Source of the DNA: a virus
DNA: 33,243 nt
Direction: 5' to 3' (one strand)
Virus record (IMG/VR): IMGVR_UViG_3300045988_135825
Location: 1-33,243 of that record
Part shown: piece after piece, positions 24,794 to 32,020 of the stretch
Layout of the letters: each line of letters opens with the position of its first letter
Numbering within the stretch: position 1 is the first letter of the stretch
Translations under genes and position numbers: made by a program
The notes under the pieces: generated by a model
What the model was told of the DNA's origin: nothing
Database searches by the model: none
The model's input: the letters and a program-made list of their open reading frames with translations, nothing else

Positions 24794-25292
24794 AAATATA
24801 GATGAGTTAATACCTTATGAAAATAATCCTCGTTTAAATGATGAAGCGGTTGAATATGTTAAAAATTCAATTAAAGAATTTGGGTTTAAAGTACCTGTTG
24901 TAATAGACAAAGATAATGTTATAATTGCAGGACATACACGAATAAAAGCAAGTAAAGAATTAGGAATAAAAGATATTCCTTGTATAATTGCCGATGACTT
25001 AACTGAAGAGCAAGTAAAAGCATTTAGATTGGCAGATAATAAAGTTGCTGAAAAATCAATATGGGACTATTCAAAACTAGATGAAGAATTAGATAGTATT
25101 TTAGATATTGATATGAGTATGTTTGATTTTAATATTAATACCGATGATGTTGAAATTGAAAGAATAGATTTATCTAATAAAGAATTTGAAAAATATGAAA
25201 TAATAATTACTTGCCAAAATGAAATTGAATTAGAAGAAAAATATAATAAATTGATGAAAGAAGGATATGAATGCAAAATTTCAACATATTAA
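24777..25292 (+). CDS. ParB N-terminal-domain (ParB/Srx-like nuclease domain) protein (start corrected)
   Basis: IDELIPYENNPRLNDEAVEYVKNSIKEFGFKVPVVIDKDNVIIAGHTRIKASKELG and EEQVKAFRLADN are hallmark ParBc motifs. Confidence 0.75.
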   Translation: MEIIYKNIDELIPYENNPRLNDEAVEYVKNSIKEFGFKVPVVIDKDNVIIAGHTRIKASKELGIKDIPCIIADDLTEEQVKAFRLADNKVAEKSIWDYSKLDEELDSILDIDMSMFDFNINTDDVEIERIDLSNKEFEKYEIIITCQNEIELEEKYNKLMKEGYECKISTY

Positions 25293-26328
25293 AAGAAAAT
25301 AAAGTTGACAAAACATTTAGAGTAGCAAAAATAATGAATGATTTTGATGTAAAAATTGAACACTCGAATGAAAATTTTATTGGAACTATAGATTTACCAA
25401 AAATATGGAATATTGGATTAATTGTTGGTAATAGTGGAACTGGCAAATCAACTATCGCTAAAGAAATATTTAAAAATGAATATATAAATAATTTTGAATA
25501 TAATCATAAAAGTGTTATAGATGATATGCCACAATCAAAAACAATAGAAGAAATAGAAAAAATGTTTTATACAGTTGGTTTTGGAAGTGTTCCTAGTTGG
25601 CTTAAACCTTATAAAGTTTTATCAAATGGTGAAAAAATGAGAGTTGATTTGGCAAGAGCATTATTAGAAAATGATAAAATATGTTTTGATGAATTTACAT
25701 CTGTAGTTGATAGAAACGTAGCTCAAACAATGTGTATAGCAACAAATAAAACAATAAAAAAATTAAATAAACAATTTATAGCAGTTAGTTGTCATTATGA
25801 CATTATAGAGTGGCTTCAACCAGATTGGATTTTTGATACAAATGTGATGAAAATGGTCCCCTATCAAGCCCACGAAGAAAAAAAGAATTTAATATTAAAA
25901 AATGCGAACGAAGTGAGTGGGCAAAATTTAGGAAATATCATTATTTAAGCAATAATTTAGCTGATTGTTGTGTATGTTATGGATTATATGATGAAGAAAA
26001 AATAATTGGATTTATTGCTATTATACATCACCCTCATCCTATAAATAAAAAATTAAAAAGAGTAAGTAGATTAGTAATATTACCAGATTATCAAGGAATA
26101 GGTTTAGGGACAAAATTTTTAAATTTCATAGCTGAATATTATAAAAAACAAAATTTTGATTTTGGAATTGTAACAAGTGCTAAAAATTTAATTTCAAGTT
26201 TAAAAAAATCTGAAAAATGGTGTTTATATAGATATAATAAAAAATCTAAATGTATTAGTAAAAATAGTAAAATTGATAAAAATAGAAAATTAAGAGATTG
26301 CATAACAGCGAGCTTTATGTTTAAATAA
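25271..26328 (+). CDS. ABC-type ATPase / GNAT acetyltransferase two-domain protein requiring a -1 shift at 25879-25885: join(25271..25885, 25885..26328)
   Basis: Walker A GNSGTGKST, ABC signature-like LSNGEKMR, Walker B ICFDEFTS. The zero frame stops at 25946-25948. The -1 frame is open for about 160 codons with no usable in-frame start before the last few codons and encodes EWAKFRKYHYLS...RLVILPDYQGIGLGTKFL, a GNAT Q/RxxGxG-type motif. Confidence 0.6.
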
Positions 26329-26358
26329 TTAAAGGCAAAATAAAAAGGAAGTGATATT

Positions 26359-26745
26359 ATGGTAAAAGGAGATACACCAGCACAGGATAAAATTGATAAG
26401 AAACAATTTGAAAGCTTATGCGGGCTTCAATGTACTTTATTAGAAATATGTGATTTCTTTGATGTTGAAGATGACACTTTAAATAGTTGGTGCAAGAAAA
26501 CTTATGGTACTACATTTTCGGAAGTATTCAAGATAAAAAGAGGCAAAGGTCAAATATCACTTCGTAGAACTCAATGGAAATTAGCAGAAAAAAATCCTAC
26601 AATGGCTATATTTCTAGGAAAACAATATCTAGGACAAACTGATAAAGTTGAAACAACAGGAGAAATGAGAGTAATGCCTACTATTAAAATGGAAGTGGTA
26701 GATAATAGTAAATTGGAGAGTGTATTATATGATAATAAAGAATAA
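26359..26745 (+). CDS. terS: Terminase small subunit
   Basis: RBS aaaggaagtg. LCGLQCTLLEICDFFDVEDDTLNSW (HTH) and ISLRRTQWKLAEKNPTMAIFLGKQYLGQTD resemble a small-terminase family common in Firmicute phages. Confidence 0.6.
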   Translation: MVKGDTPAQDKIDKKQFESLCGLQCTLLEICDFFDVEDDTLNSWCKKTYGTTFSEVFKIKRGKGQISLRRTQWKLAEKNPTMAIFLGKQYLGQTDKVETTGEMRVMPTIKMEVVDNSKLESVLYDNKE

Positions 26746-26899
26746 TAAATTTAAAATGAATGATAGAACTTGGGAGATAAAAGAAATATCACAAGAAGAA
26801 ATAAGGCAACATATCATTGATTATAAATATGATGGAAATCCTGCTGAAATTGGAAGATATTATGGGCAAACCTATTTTGATGAACAAATAATCTATTAG
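26729..26899 (+). CDS. Small ORF (56 aa), possibly the N-terminal remnant of an SprT-like metalloprotease gene
   Basis: RBS ggagag. WEIKEIS...GRYYGQTYFDEQIIY resembles the region before the HExxH motif in such proteins. No HExxH segment is found downstream. Confidence 0.35.
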   Translation: MIIKNNKFKMNDRTWEIKEISQEEIRQHIIDYKYDGNPAEIGRYYGQTYFDEQIIY

Positions 26900-26906
26900 G
26901 CTTGTA

Positions 26907-27179
26907 ATGATGAAATATTTGGGTAGAGAATTAAAAACTAATGAACACGTTCATCATATAAATGAAAATAAATTGGACAATAGAATAGAAAATTTGATGT
27001 TATTAACTGCTTCTGAACATAAAAGATTACATTGCTTAAAAAACAAGCATATGATTATTTGCAAATTATGCGGTGAAGAAAAAGAAAATAAAGGTAGAAA
27101 TCTTTGCAGAAATTGTTATGCAAAAGAATTAAGAAAAGGAAATTTGTTTAAATATGAAAGAATATACAAGAAAAAATAA
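26907..27179 (+). CDS. HNH endonuclease (short, terminase-associated type) with a C-terminal CxxC...CxxC
   Basis: EHVHHINENKLDNRIENLMLLTASEHKRLH. CKLCG and CRNC motifs. Located between terS and terL, as in HK97-type cos phages. Confidence 0.75.
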   Translation: MMKYLGRELKTNEHVHHINENKLDNRIENLMLLTASEHKRLHCLKNKHMIICKLCGEEKENKGRNLCRNCYAKELRKGNLFKYERIYKKK

Positions 27180-27516
27180 GTATAAAAACGAAATAACATA
27201 TTATAAAGATATAAGATTTTCAAGTAAAAAAGAAATGCGAAGATACATCATTTTAAAACAACTAGAAAAAGCAGGAATAATAAAAGAATTAGAACTACAA
27301 CCAAAGTTCTTATTATTAGATACAATTCATTATAGAGGCAAGACATACCCTAAAACTTATTATAAAGCCGATTTTAAGTATTTTGATAATGAAAAAGGCA
27401 AATATATAGTCGAAGATGTTAAAAGCCCTATAACAGCAAAAGACAAGGTATATAGGCTTAAAATAAAAATGTTATTAACAAAATATCCTGATATAGAATT
27501 TGTGGAAGTAATATAA
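27154..27516 (+). CDS. DUF1064-family protein (putative structure-specific nuclease)
   Basis: RFSSKKEMRRYIILKQLEKAGIIKELELQPKF...YKADFKY...IVEDVKS...YRLKIK matches the DUF1064 pattern. Confidence 0.6.
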   Translation: MKEYTRKNKYKNEITYYKDIRFSSKKEMRRYIILKQLEKAGIIKELELQPKFLLLDTIHYRGKTYPKTYYKADFKYFDNEKGKYIVEDVKSPITAKDKVYRLKIKMLLTKYPDIEFVEVI

Positions 27517-28159
27517 AATAATTATAAAAATCCGGGGGCTACTCTGGGCGACCTTATGAGTGGATAATAGGCTGTCAACCTAAAATTGAATGGTGGTTCG
27601 AGCCCACCCACTTGCTAAAGACATAATAATTAAATATAATTTGACACATTAGAAAGATTATTGTTGTTGATAGTGTATGTGAAGTGTATTTGGATAACAT
27701 ACCCCCCGCCATAAATGAATTATAATACTACCTTATAGGTAGTATACTGATGATATATAAAAAAACGAGTGAGGAAAGGTTTTTATTCTAGGCTTGTTTT
27801 CCATGAGTAGTTTGAATCTATAGAAATCCATTATATCATCAGTATAGTGCTTATAAGAAATATATAAAAGACCGTACCGAGTTTAACATATTAAGTTATG
27901 GTTTAAAAAGTCTCGGAAGAAGTTACTGACTGAAAAAACTAAAACGCAAGGTTTGGTTGACCTTTATATTGATTATAAGCACTACTAAACCAAACCCCTT
28001 TATAAGTACTGCTATTACGCAGTACACTGATAATATGGAAGTGTAGGTTAGGTTCGCCAATGCGGTACTATATTTCTAACAGGCTAACTACTTTAGAAAA
28101 CTAGACATATTATTAGTGTAGTGTTTAATAACACTAGAAAGAAAAAGGAGGTGTCAGAA
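27517..28159 (+). ncRNA. About 640-nt ORF-free, highly base-paired region: candidate large structured ncRNA (ROOL/GOLLD-like class), possibly also containing cos
   Basis: No ORF of 60 aa or more on the + strand. Nested long-range perfect helices: 27746-27757 with 27832-27843, and 27845-27856 with 27973-27984. Hairpins at 27725-27745 and 28006-28025. Pseudoknot-type pairing 27950-27958 with 27988-27996. GC-rich islands in an AT-rich genome. Confidence 0.5.
27533..27711 (+). other. GC-rich tRNA-like element: 6-bp G:C closing helix, perfect T-arm consensus and 3' CCA (not a canonical tRNA)
   Basis: cggggg (27533-27538) pairs with cccccg (27703-27708) and is followed by cca. ggtgg-ttcgagc-ccacc lies at 27592-27608. 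An anticodon-like hairpin tagg-ctgtcaa-ccta lies at 27568-27582. The 5' end gggggctactctgggcgacc resembles the 5' end of tmRNA. Confidence 0.4.
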
Positions 28160-28402
28160 ATGGCAAAAAAAAGTAACACTGGAAAGAAAAAGGTTGATGT
28201 TATTAGTTTAGATAATAAGCCAGTTAACCCACAAGTCCAAGAAGAGAAAGTAGAAGTACCTGCTAAGTTTGTTAAGGCTATGCCTAACATTCCGAAAACA
28301 GCGGAAAGTAAAATCAAATTAAATAATGGAAGAGTATATAAAGACTTAGGCAATGGCTATGGTATGTATTCTGACAATGGACAAGTATTTAGACTTAAAT
28401 AG
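28160..28402 (+). CDS. Hypothetical Lys-rich protein (80 aa, start corrected)
   Basis: ATG at 28160 follows aaaaggaggtg. Confidence 0.5.
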   Translation: MAKKSNTGKKKVDVISLDNKPVNPQVQEEKVEVPAKFVKAMPNIPKTAESKIKLNNGRVYKDLGNGYGMYSDNGQVFRLK

Positions 28403-28411
28403 GAGGTAAAT

Positions 28412-28648
28412 ATGGAGTTTATTAAATTGAGAGAAGATAGATATTTAATCAAAGACAGCAATGGCTTGATTGTATCTAACGAAGAGAAACTAAAATTAGA
28501 AAAGAAAGAATTAATCATTAAAGATATAGAAAGCAATGAGTGTCAAGGAAAGACCACTCAAAGAATTGAAGAAATAGATAGGGAGTTGGAAAATGGAAAC
28601 AAGTCTAAATCTAACACTATCAAAAAAGCAAAGCCAACTACTAAATGA
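28412..28648 (+). CDS. Hypothetical protein (78 aa) overlapping the terL start
   Basis: RBS taggaggt. Confidence 0.5.
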   Translation: MEFIKLREDRYLIKDSNGLIVSNEEKLKLEKKELIIKDIESNECQGKTTQRIEEIDRELENGNKSKSNTIKKAKPTTK

Positions 28649-29969
28649 TATAATTAGCCCTAATCTAACTGAAATATATGTGTTAGGAAGTACGCAAAGT
28701 GGTAAGACTTTTGATATATGTTTAGGGTGTATCTTATATGCACAAGCCTTATATAATTATAACCCAAAAGAAACCTACTTTGGCTCTATAACAGGTTGGA
28801 GTTTAGAGACATTAAAAGGTAACATCTTAGAACCTTTAAAAAAGTTTCTAGATGATATGAAATTAGAAAAAGGAAGAGATTATATATTAAGGTGGCAGAC
28901 TGATGAAAAGTATCTAGAGATATACAATATCAGATATTATTTCTTTGGTTTTAATAATGTTCTTGCATTCAACAAAATATTAGGTAAACCTTTGATATTT
29001 GAATGGATAGATGAAAGTGCTAGAATATATTCACAAGATAATTTAAGAGAGCCATTTAATGAATTTCCTGGTAGACAAGTATCTTATGCAGACCATCCTT
29101 ATTTAAAGACCATACATTCATTCAATGTTGAGGGTGGAGAAAATCACCCATACAAGATTGATTATATAGATAAGAAGCCTTATGCTAAGCATTATTCTTT
29201 CTTTCCTTATGACAACCCTAAGATAAAAACAGAAGAAGCAATGCGAAAGGTATTAGAAATGTTTCCACCCGGAAATCTAAGAGAGCAAAAGATATTTAAT
29301 AAATGGATACTTGCAACTGGAAAAATTTTTACAACAATAAACATCATTAATGATTTAAATGACTATGCTTTCAGAGAAATAGGAATAGGAATAGACTATG
29401 GTTCAGTCCATGCGACAGCCTTTGTACCTATTGCTCTTGCTTATGATAAAGTAAATAAGAAATGGGTATTAATAAGGTTAGAATATTACTACCATAATGC
29501 TAAAGAAGAACAAGACAACCCTACAACTGAATATTTTAGCAAGCAATTAAGATTATTCTTATTGTATCTAAAAAGTGAATATGGACAAGTGCCTATTACC
29601 ACTATGGTATTAGATAGTGCCGCCGCTCATTTCCATAACAGATTAATTGCTGATAATATACCACATACATTAATAAATAAAAGTGAGGATACTGTAGTTG
29701 AGGGAGTTCAATATATGCAATCTTTGTTTTATAAGGGATATCTGCTAATATATAAACAAAAAGCGATTAAGCATATAACTGATAGTGGTGAATTAGTTTA
29801 TAGTGGTAAAGATGATGGAATGCTTGAATTAGAAAGTTATAGATATGACTTAAAGGCAAGTGCTAAAAGTGGTAAAGAAGCCTATGTAAAAGAGTTTGAT
29901 GACCATATAGATGCCTTAAGGTATATCATAATAGAATTTAAAGAAACTGATAGAGCACCAGTAGTATAA
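28593..29969 (+). CDS. terL: Terminase large subunit
   Basis: RBS agggag. Walker A VLGSTQSGKTF, Walker B-like IFEWIDES. C-terminal nuclease-like GIDYG...VLDSAA...FDDHIDALRY. Confidence 0.85.
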   Translation: METSLNLTLSKKQSQLLNDIISPNLTEIYVLGSTQSGKTFDICLGCILYAQALYNYNPKETYFGSITGWSLETLKGNILEPLKKFLDDMKLEKGRDYILRWQTDEKYLEIYNIRYYFFGFNNVLAFNKILGKPLIFEWIDESARIYSQDNLREPFNEFPGRQVSYADHPYLKTIHSFNVEGGENHPYKIDYIDKKPYAKHYSFFPYDNPKIKTEEAMRKVLEMFPPGNLREQKIFNKWILATGKIFTTINIINDLNDYAFREIGIGIDYGSVHATAFVPIALAYDKVNKKWVLIRLEYYYHNAKEEQDNPTTEYFSKQLRLFLLYLKSEYGQVPITTMVLDSAAAHFHNRLIADNIPHTLINKSEDTVVEGVQYMQSLFYKGYLLIYKQKAIKHITDSGELVYSGKDDGMLELESYRYDLKASAKSGKEAYVKEFDDHIDALRYIIIEFKETDRAPVV

Positions 29970-29975
29970 AAGGAG

Positions 29976-30200
29976 TTGATTAAAATCGAAATTCGTTGTA
30001 AATCTACAAAAAGATATTTGTTTAAGATAGAAATTGAAGAATATTATAAAAATCTAAAGAAAATGGGAATAGAAGTAGAAACTCCTTTGGTAATAGAATA
30101 TCCTTGCCCTAAGTGTAAGATGATAGAAGTGTATGAAATCTACCCTACTCATTACATACATATTAGAAGTTATAAAAGAGATGTTGACAATAATAAATAA
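29976..30200 (+). CDS. Small Com-like zinc-ribbon protein with a degenerate first Cys pair (non-ATG start, exact start uncertain)
   Basis: IRCKSTKRYLFKI and EYPCPKCKMIEV resemble phage Mu Com (IRCKNCNKLLFKA and IRCPRCK). No in-frame ATG near the aaggag RBS. Confidence 0.35.
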   Translation: MIKIEIRCKSTKRYLFKIEIEEYYKNLKKMGIEVETPLVIEYPCPKCKMIEVYEIYPTHYIHIRSYKRDVDNNK

Positions 30201-30212
30201 TTATGCTATAAT
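30184..30212 (+). promoter_or_regulatory. Consensus promoter upstream of the head morphogenesis genes (candidate late promoter)
   Basis: TTGACA (30184-30189), 17-nt spacer, TGcTATAAT (30204-30212). Confidence 0.65.
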
Positions 30213-30258
30213 TTAAGAGATAGAAAAGTGCGAAAAAGTGTGTCGTAAACATAAGAAG

Positions 30259-30290
30259 CATATAGTTAAAGAGATAACTATATGTTTTTT
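30259..30290 (+). terminator. Promoter-proximal intrinsic terminator (defines a ~70-nt transcript from the 30184 promoter)
   Basis: catatagtta (30259-30268) pairs perfectly with taactatatg (30275-30284) and is followed by tttttt (30285-30290). Confidence 0.7.
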
Positions 30291-30320
30291 ATTATTTATA
30301 CACATAGAAAGGAGTTAAAA

Positions 30321-30659
30321 ATGAGAACTCTAATAGAAAAAATAAGTGACATTTTATTGAATATTTTTGATAAAATTGTGGAAAAAGCACAAAAATTGAA
30401 AAAATATCTAATAAATAATAAGAAATGGACTTTATATTTATATTTAAATGGTCAATGTATAGATAAAAGAAAAATAGATAAAGACTTTGCTCCTATGGGT
30501 AAGTTCTATGTAGTAAAAGTAAGAGGCATGAAACATTTACTAGGAACTAATAGAAAAGTGCAAATAGTAGTTCAAAGTTATAAATATAAATTGACTAATG
30601 AAAAGAAAAGAGAGGCTCATATTGAAACTCTAATATATGAGGGAGTTGATATTAAATGA
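30321..30659 (+). CDS. Hypothetical protein (112 aa, start corrected)
   Basis: ATG at 30321 follows aaaggagttaaaa. The track start at 30282 lies inside the terminator hairpin. Confidence 0.5.
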   Translation: MRTLIEKISDILLNIFDKIVEKAQKLKKYLINNKKWTLYLYLNGQCIDKRKIDKDFAPMGKFYVVKVRGMKHLLGTNRKVQIVVQSYKYKLTNEKKREAHIETLIYEGVDIK

Positions 30660-32020
30660 ATAATCAAGTAAGATTAAAATCAGCATACAATTATTTAGAG
30701 GCTCCATATATAAGAGTAGAGGCAACAGTAACACAGCCTGGTATAACTAATGGGAAACCTAATATTTATAAGAAAAATGACTATATAATTGCTCCTAGTG
30801 GTAAAAAGGTTGCTACATATATAGTTAATCAAATATTTGGTTCAGATTTAGTAACACAGACAGAGGGGTTATCAATAAACTGGTTGATGCCTACACTTAA
30901 AGAGAGCCTAGAATTAGCAGTATATGAAGAAGAAAGTTTCATATTAATAAATAAGTTTGATAATAAGATATATCTAGAGTGTATCAAGAAATCAGACATA
31001 CATGATTTGGTACAAAAGTACGATAAAGTAATAAGTGGTACTATCATACAAGAGTTTGTTACTAAAGAAGATATATACGAACTTCATAGAAATATTAAGT
31101 TAGAGAATGGTATTACTTATATGACTATGGAAGTGTTTAAAGAAGATAAAGGCGGTAAATTAATACCTGTTGATTTAGGAACATTTAATCTAAGAACTGG
31201 CAATGATTATATTCCTAAGTACATATTAAATTATGAAAATCTAATTAATATAGATATAGGTCAGAATTTCTTTAAAGATAGTAAAAAGTTCTTGAATGAA
31301 GAAATGGAAATATTTAATACCTTTGTTGATGAAATAGAAAAGACTAAAACTAAGATAGTAACAAGTCAACATTATCAAAGTGGAGACATAGTAACTAATT
31401 GGCAACCTGCATCTAATCATTATAAGGTAGATACATTAAGTGTTGGTAAATTAGCAGATTATTTTACTTTATTGCCTGGTGATAAAGACCATCAATTATT
31501 TGAGTTTTTACAAGGTAATATTAGATTTAATGAATATATTAGTTCGTTTAAATTTTGCGATTATCAAGTAATTCAAATGGCAGGACTAAGCCCTGCAACA
31601 TTTGGTTATGAAAAAGATGCTTATCAGAATGTTGATAGTATAGATTTAAGTAAGAATAATTCCGATATGACTATTGAGGCAATAAAGACACAAATAGAGC
31701 CTCAAATAAATCATTTACTAGAAAATGTTGTTAAAGCACAGCAGGCGAACAACATACAAGTTAATCTAATACCTACCGAGTTAAATTGGGACTATGGAGC
31801 AAATGAGAAATTCAATGATATGAAGAAACTTCAAGTATTAAGTAGAATTCAAAGTGTTGGCAATGTTCCATATAGTGTAAAGGCTAAGATAATAACACCT
31901 ATCCTTAATAAGTTAATTGATGATGACTATGTAGGCAAGAATAGTAAGTTAATAGAAGAATTAATCAATGCTAACAAAGAGGAAGAAGAAGAAATACAAG
32001 TTAAGTTTGGAGAAGTATAA
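30656..32020 (+). CDS. Portal protein
   Basis: 454 aa. ATGA coupling. Positioned between the terminase and minor head genes, with an acidic C-terminus. Confidence 0.75.
   Translation: MNNQVRLKSAYNYLEAPYIRVEATVTQPGITNGKPNIYKKNDYIIAPSGKKVATYIVNQIFGSDLVTQTEGLSINWLMPTLKESLELAVYEEESFILINKFDNKIYLECIKKSDIHDLVQKYDKVISGTIIQEFVTKEDIYELHRNIKLENGITYMTMEVFKEDKGGKLIPVDLGTFNLRTGNDYIPKYILNYENLINIDIGQNFFKDSKKFLNEEMEIFNTFVDEIEKTKTKIVTSQHYQSGDIVTNWQPASNHYKVDTLSVGKLADYFTLLPGDKDHQLFEFLQGNIRFNEYISSFKFCDYQVIQMAGLSPATFGYEKDAYQNVDSIDLSKNNSDMTIEAIKTQIEPQINHLLENVVKAQQANNIQVNLIPTELNWDYGANEKFNDMKKLQVLSRIQSVGNVPYSVKAKIITPILNKLIDDDYVGKNSKLIEELINANKEEEEEIQVKFGEV

Noticed and set aside
24777-25948. ParB-like protein plus ATPase as a plasmid-prophage partition (ParAB) system
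   Set aside because: The ATPase has an ABC-type Walker A and signature (GNSGTGKST, LSNGE), not the deviant ParA KGGxxK motif. No centromere-like repeat array is nearby. ParB-nuclease-domain proteins next to terminase genes are common in lytic phages.
26729-27179. A fourth intron or homing-endonuclease insertion: truncated SprT-like ORF followed by an HNH gene
   Set aside because: No downstream frame encodes the missing HExxH-containing part. No group I core motifs or U...G splice geometry could be found. The simplest reading is a recombination scar between two gene remnants.
27557-27616. Possible tRNA-Asp gene: anticodon-like loop CTGTCAA with GTC, plus a perfect T-arm GGTGG-TTCGAGC-CCACC
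   Set aside because: No D-arm can be drawn. The only acceptor pairing (tgagtgg with ccacttg) needs two G-U pairs and overlaps the T-stem. The variable region would be 8-9 nt. It is kept only as a 'tRNA-like element', not a tRNA gene.
27612-27640. Promoter TTGCTA-17-TATAAT inside the structured intergenic region
   Set aside because: It matches only 4 of 6 positions in the -35 box, and TATAAT-like hexamers are frequent in DNA this AT-rich. It is noted as a possible start for the large RNA but is too weak to call.
27533-27711. Phage-encoded tmRNA: tmRNA-like 5' end, a possible GCU-initiated tag frame after 27614, and a CCA end
   Set aside because: The T-arm lies in the middle rather than directly before the 3' acceptor strand. 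The candidate tag (AKDIIIKYNLTH) is unlike known degradation tags. The element is about half the size of a tmRNA, and the part order fits neither standard nor permuted tmRNA.
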